From Terriglobia bacterium (GTDB lineage: Bacteria > Acidobacteriota > Terriglobia > 20CM-2-55-15): DNA of 64,000 nucleotides. The position numbers were made by a program, and so were the translations under genes. Positions within the stretch are counted from its first letter, which is position 1. Each line of letters opens with the position of its first letter. Location of the stretch: NCBI GenBank assembly GCA_963664115.2, contig CAXWPJ010000006.1, forward strand, positions 224,088 to 288,087, given 5' to 3'. Shown here piece by piece: positions 62,778-64,000 of this stretch. A model generated the notes under the pieces. The model had not been told where the DNA came from and searched no databases. It was given only the letters and a program-made list of their open reading frames with translations.

Positions 62778-63917
62778 TCAATCGCCAACCCGCTCTTCGT
62801 CGATGTCTCGCGGATCGGAATCTTCGGTCCATCGTTTCTTGAACATGGTTCTCAGATTTTCCACCATGGGTTCTCGATGATCGTACAGCCTCCGGAGAGA
62901 TCTCGGCCCTCGACGGTTTAAAGCGTAGGCCGTCAGGAGTGGCACCGCGATGGTCGAATCGATGTAACAGACGACGGCGTCGGGTAGCCGGTCCGGATCC
63001 ACCTTGCCCCAGCTCACTGCTTCGGCCGGCGTCGCGCCCGACAGGCCCCCGGTATCGGGGCGCGCGTCGGTGAACTGCAGATAGTAGTCGTGTCCCTTTT
63101 CTTCGAGTCCCAGAACCTCCTGGATTTGCGGCTCGGTCTGTAACATGAAGTTCTTGGGTGAGCCGCCGCCAATCAGGAGCGTGGCGCTCTTTAGATTCTT
63201 TTGCTTCGCTGCGTAGACGATGCCGGCGGTTTCGTTGACGTCGGCATTCACGTCAATCGAACACTTGCTTCCCAGCAACGCGTTTGCCGCAACGTTCATT
63301 CCGATCGAACTGTCTCCGGGTGAAGAGGTATATATCGGAATACCACATTCGTGGGCCGTCGCCACCAGGGACTTGTCTTTGATGCCGAGTACGCGCTCCC
63401 GCTCCAGGACATAACGCCCTAGCATGTGATGAAACTGGGCCGAGCTCATGCTGGTCTGGAATTCGGGTTCGCTAACCACTTTCTTTATGAAGTTATCGGT
63501 TTTCACGAGGACATCGTATTCGAACAGGATGTCGTAAATGCGAACGACGCCTTCTTTTCTCAGTATGCGGTCATCGAGGTCTGGAGACCCGCGGTGCATT
63601 TCCAGTCCAATGCCAAAGTGGATGTCGTGATACAGGTTGGCGCCGGTCGACACCATCCAGTCGATGAAACCTGCCCGCATCAGCGGAACGATGGCAGCCA
63701 TGCCCAATCCTGCCGGTGTCATTGCGCCCGAGAGACTCACGCCGACCACGACGTCATTCTCAAGCATCCGTTCGGTGAAGAGATGGCAGGCCTCGCGGAA
63801 TCGACCGGCATTATAGGCGTTAAAGGTTTGATCGATCAGTGCGACGAGAGACGTGTCGGATTGGATCGCCGGGGGAGCGATGTTTTTGCCTTTCAGGAAG
63901 TGTTTGTTGTGCGCCAT
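62778..63917 (-). CDS. Deoxyhypusine synthase-like (homospermidine synthase-type) protein
   Basis: 379 aa. The bacterial DHS-like pattern is present (..[13 protein letters not shown].., GGGSPKNF.., ..EAVSWGK..). Confidence 0.8.
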   Translation of the reverse strand: MAHNKHFLKGKNIAPPAIQSDTSLVALIDQTFNAYNAGRFREACHLFTERMLENDVVVGVSLSGAMTPAGLGMAAIVPLMRAGFIDWMVSTGANLYHDIHFGIGLEMHRGSPDLDDRILRKEGVVRIYDILFEYDVLVKTDNFIKKVVSEPEFQTSMSSAQFHHMLGRYVLERERVLGIKDKSLVATAHECGIPIYTSSPGDSSIGMNVAANALLGSKCSIDVNADVNETAGIVYAAKQKNLKSATLLIGGGSPKNFMLQTEPQIQEVLGLEEKGHDYYLQFTDARPDTGGLSGATPAEAVSWGKVDPDRLPDAVVCYIDSTIAVPLLTAYALNRRGPRSLRRLYDHREPMVENLRTMFKKRWTEDSDPRDIDEERVGD

Positions 63918-63927
63918 CGGCGAAAGG

Positions 63928-64000
63928 TCTAATGCTCGAAACCGTCCTTGCGGTCGGTACCCATAATTCTGATGACGAAAGATTCAGAGATTTCGATCAT
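63928..64000 (-). CDS. 3' end of an unidentified gene (5' part outside the window)
   Basis: The open frame ends ..[22 protein letters not shown]-stop (TAG, complement of 63928-63930). It is too short to assign. Confidence 0.3.

Overview
This 64 kb window is a moderately GC-rich, densely coding bacterial chromosomal segment. A carboxypeptidase-regulatory-domain TonB receptor and a DUF1552 protein suggest Acidobacteriota-like content; this is a low-confidence inference. Most genes are ordinary metabolism and housekeeping. They include an iscR-iscS-iscU-iscA-hscB-hscA-iscX operon, an acetoin/pyruvate-type E1alpha-E1beta-E2 cluster with an embedded acetylating aldehyde dehydrogenase, phenolic-acid catabolism (gentisate dioxygenase, FAH hydrolase, tannase/feruloyl esterase, gamma-resorcylate-type decarboxylase), a PQQ dehydrogenase, two MetE-like proteins, two tandem FMN glutamate-synthase-like proteins, an acyl-CoA desaturase and a deoxyhypusine-synthase-like protein. 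Two insertion sequences are intact and flanked by target-site duplications: IS1380-like at 979-2824 and IS256-like at 4694-6078. Four things stand out. (1) A secreted gene module recurs three to four times: a small protein predicted to mature to an N-terminal His-His, followed by a ~300 aa partner of unknown function. (2) Two inverted paralogues combine a CxxCH motif with an endostatin/DUF1554-like C-terminal domain and flank a luciferase-like monooxygenase; one copy is frameshifted in a G-run. (3) A dispersed family of six 63-71 bp palindromic elements (arms GGGGACGGACACTTC, related ~35 nt loops) sits at gene ends and in promoter regions. One of them supplies the C-terminal codons of a CDS. 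(4) Several gene relics are present: a cytochrome-c-like gene split by IS256, an aldehyde dehydrogenase tail and a truncated methyltransferase. No rRNA, tRNA, CRISPR array or recognisable defence system was seen. All family assignments come from reading the translations by eye and need profile searches to confirm.
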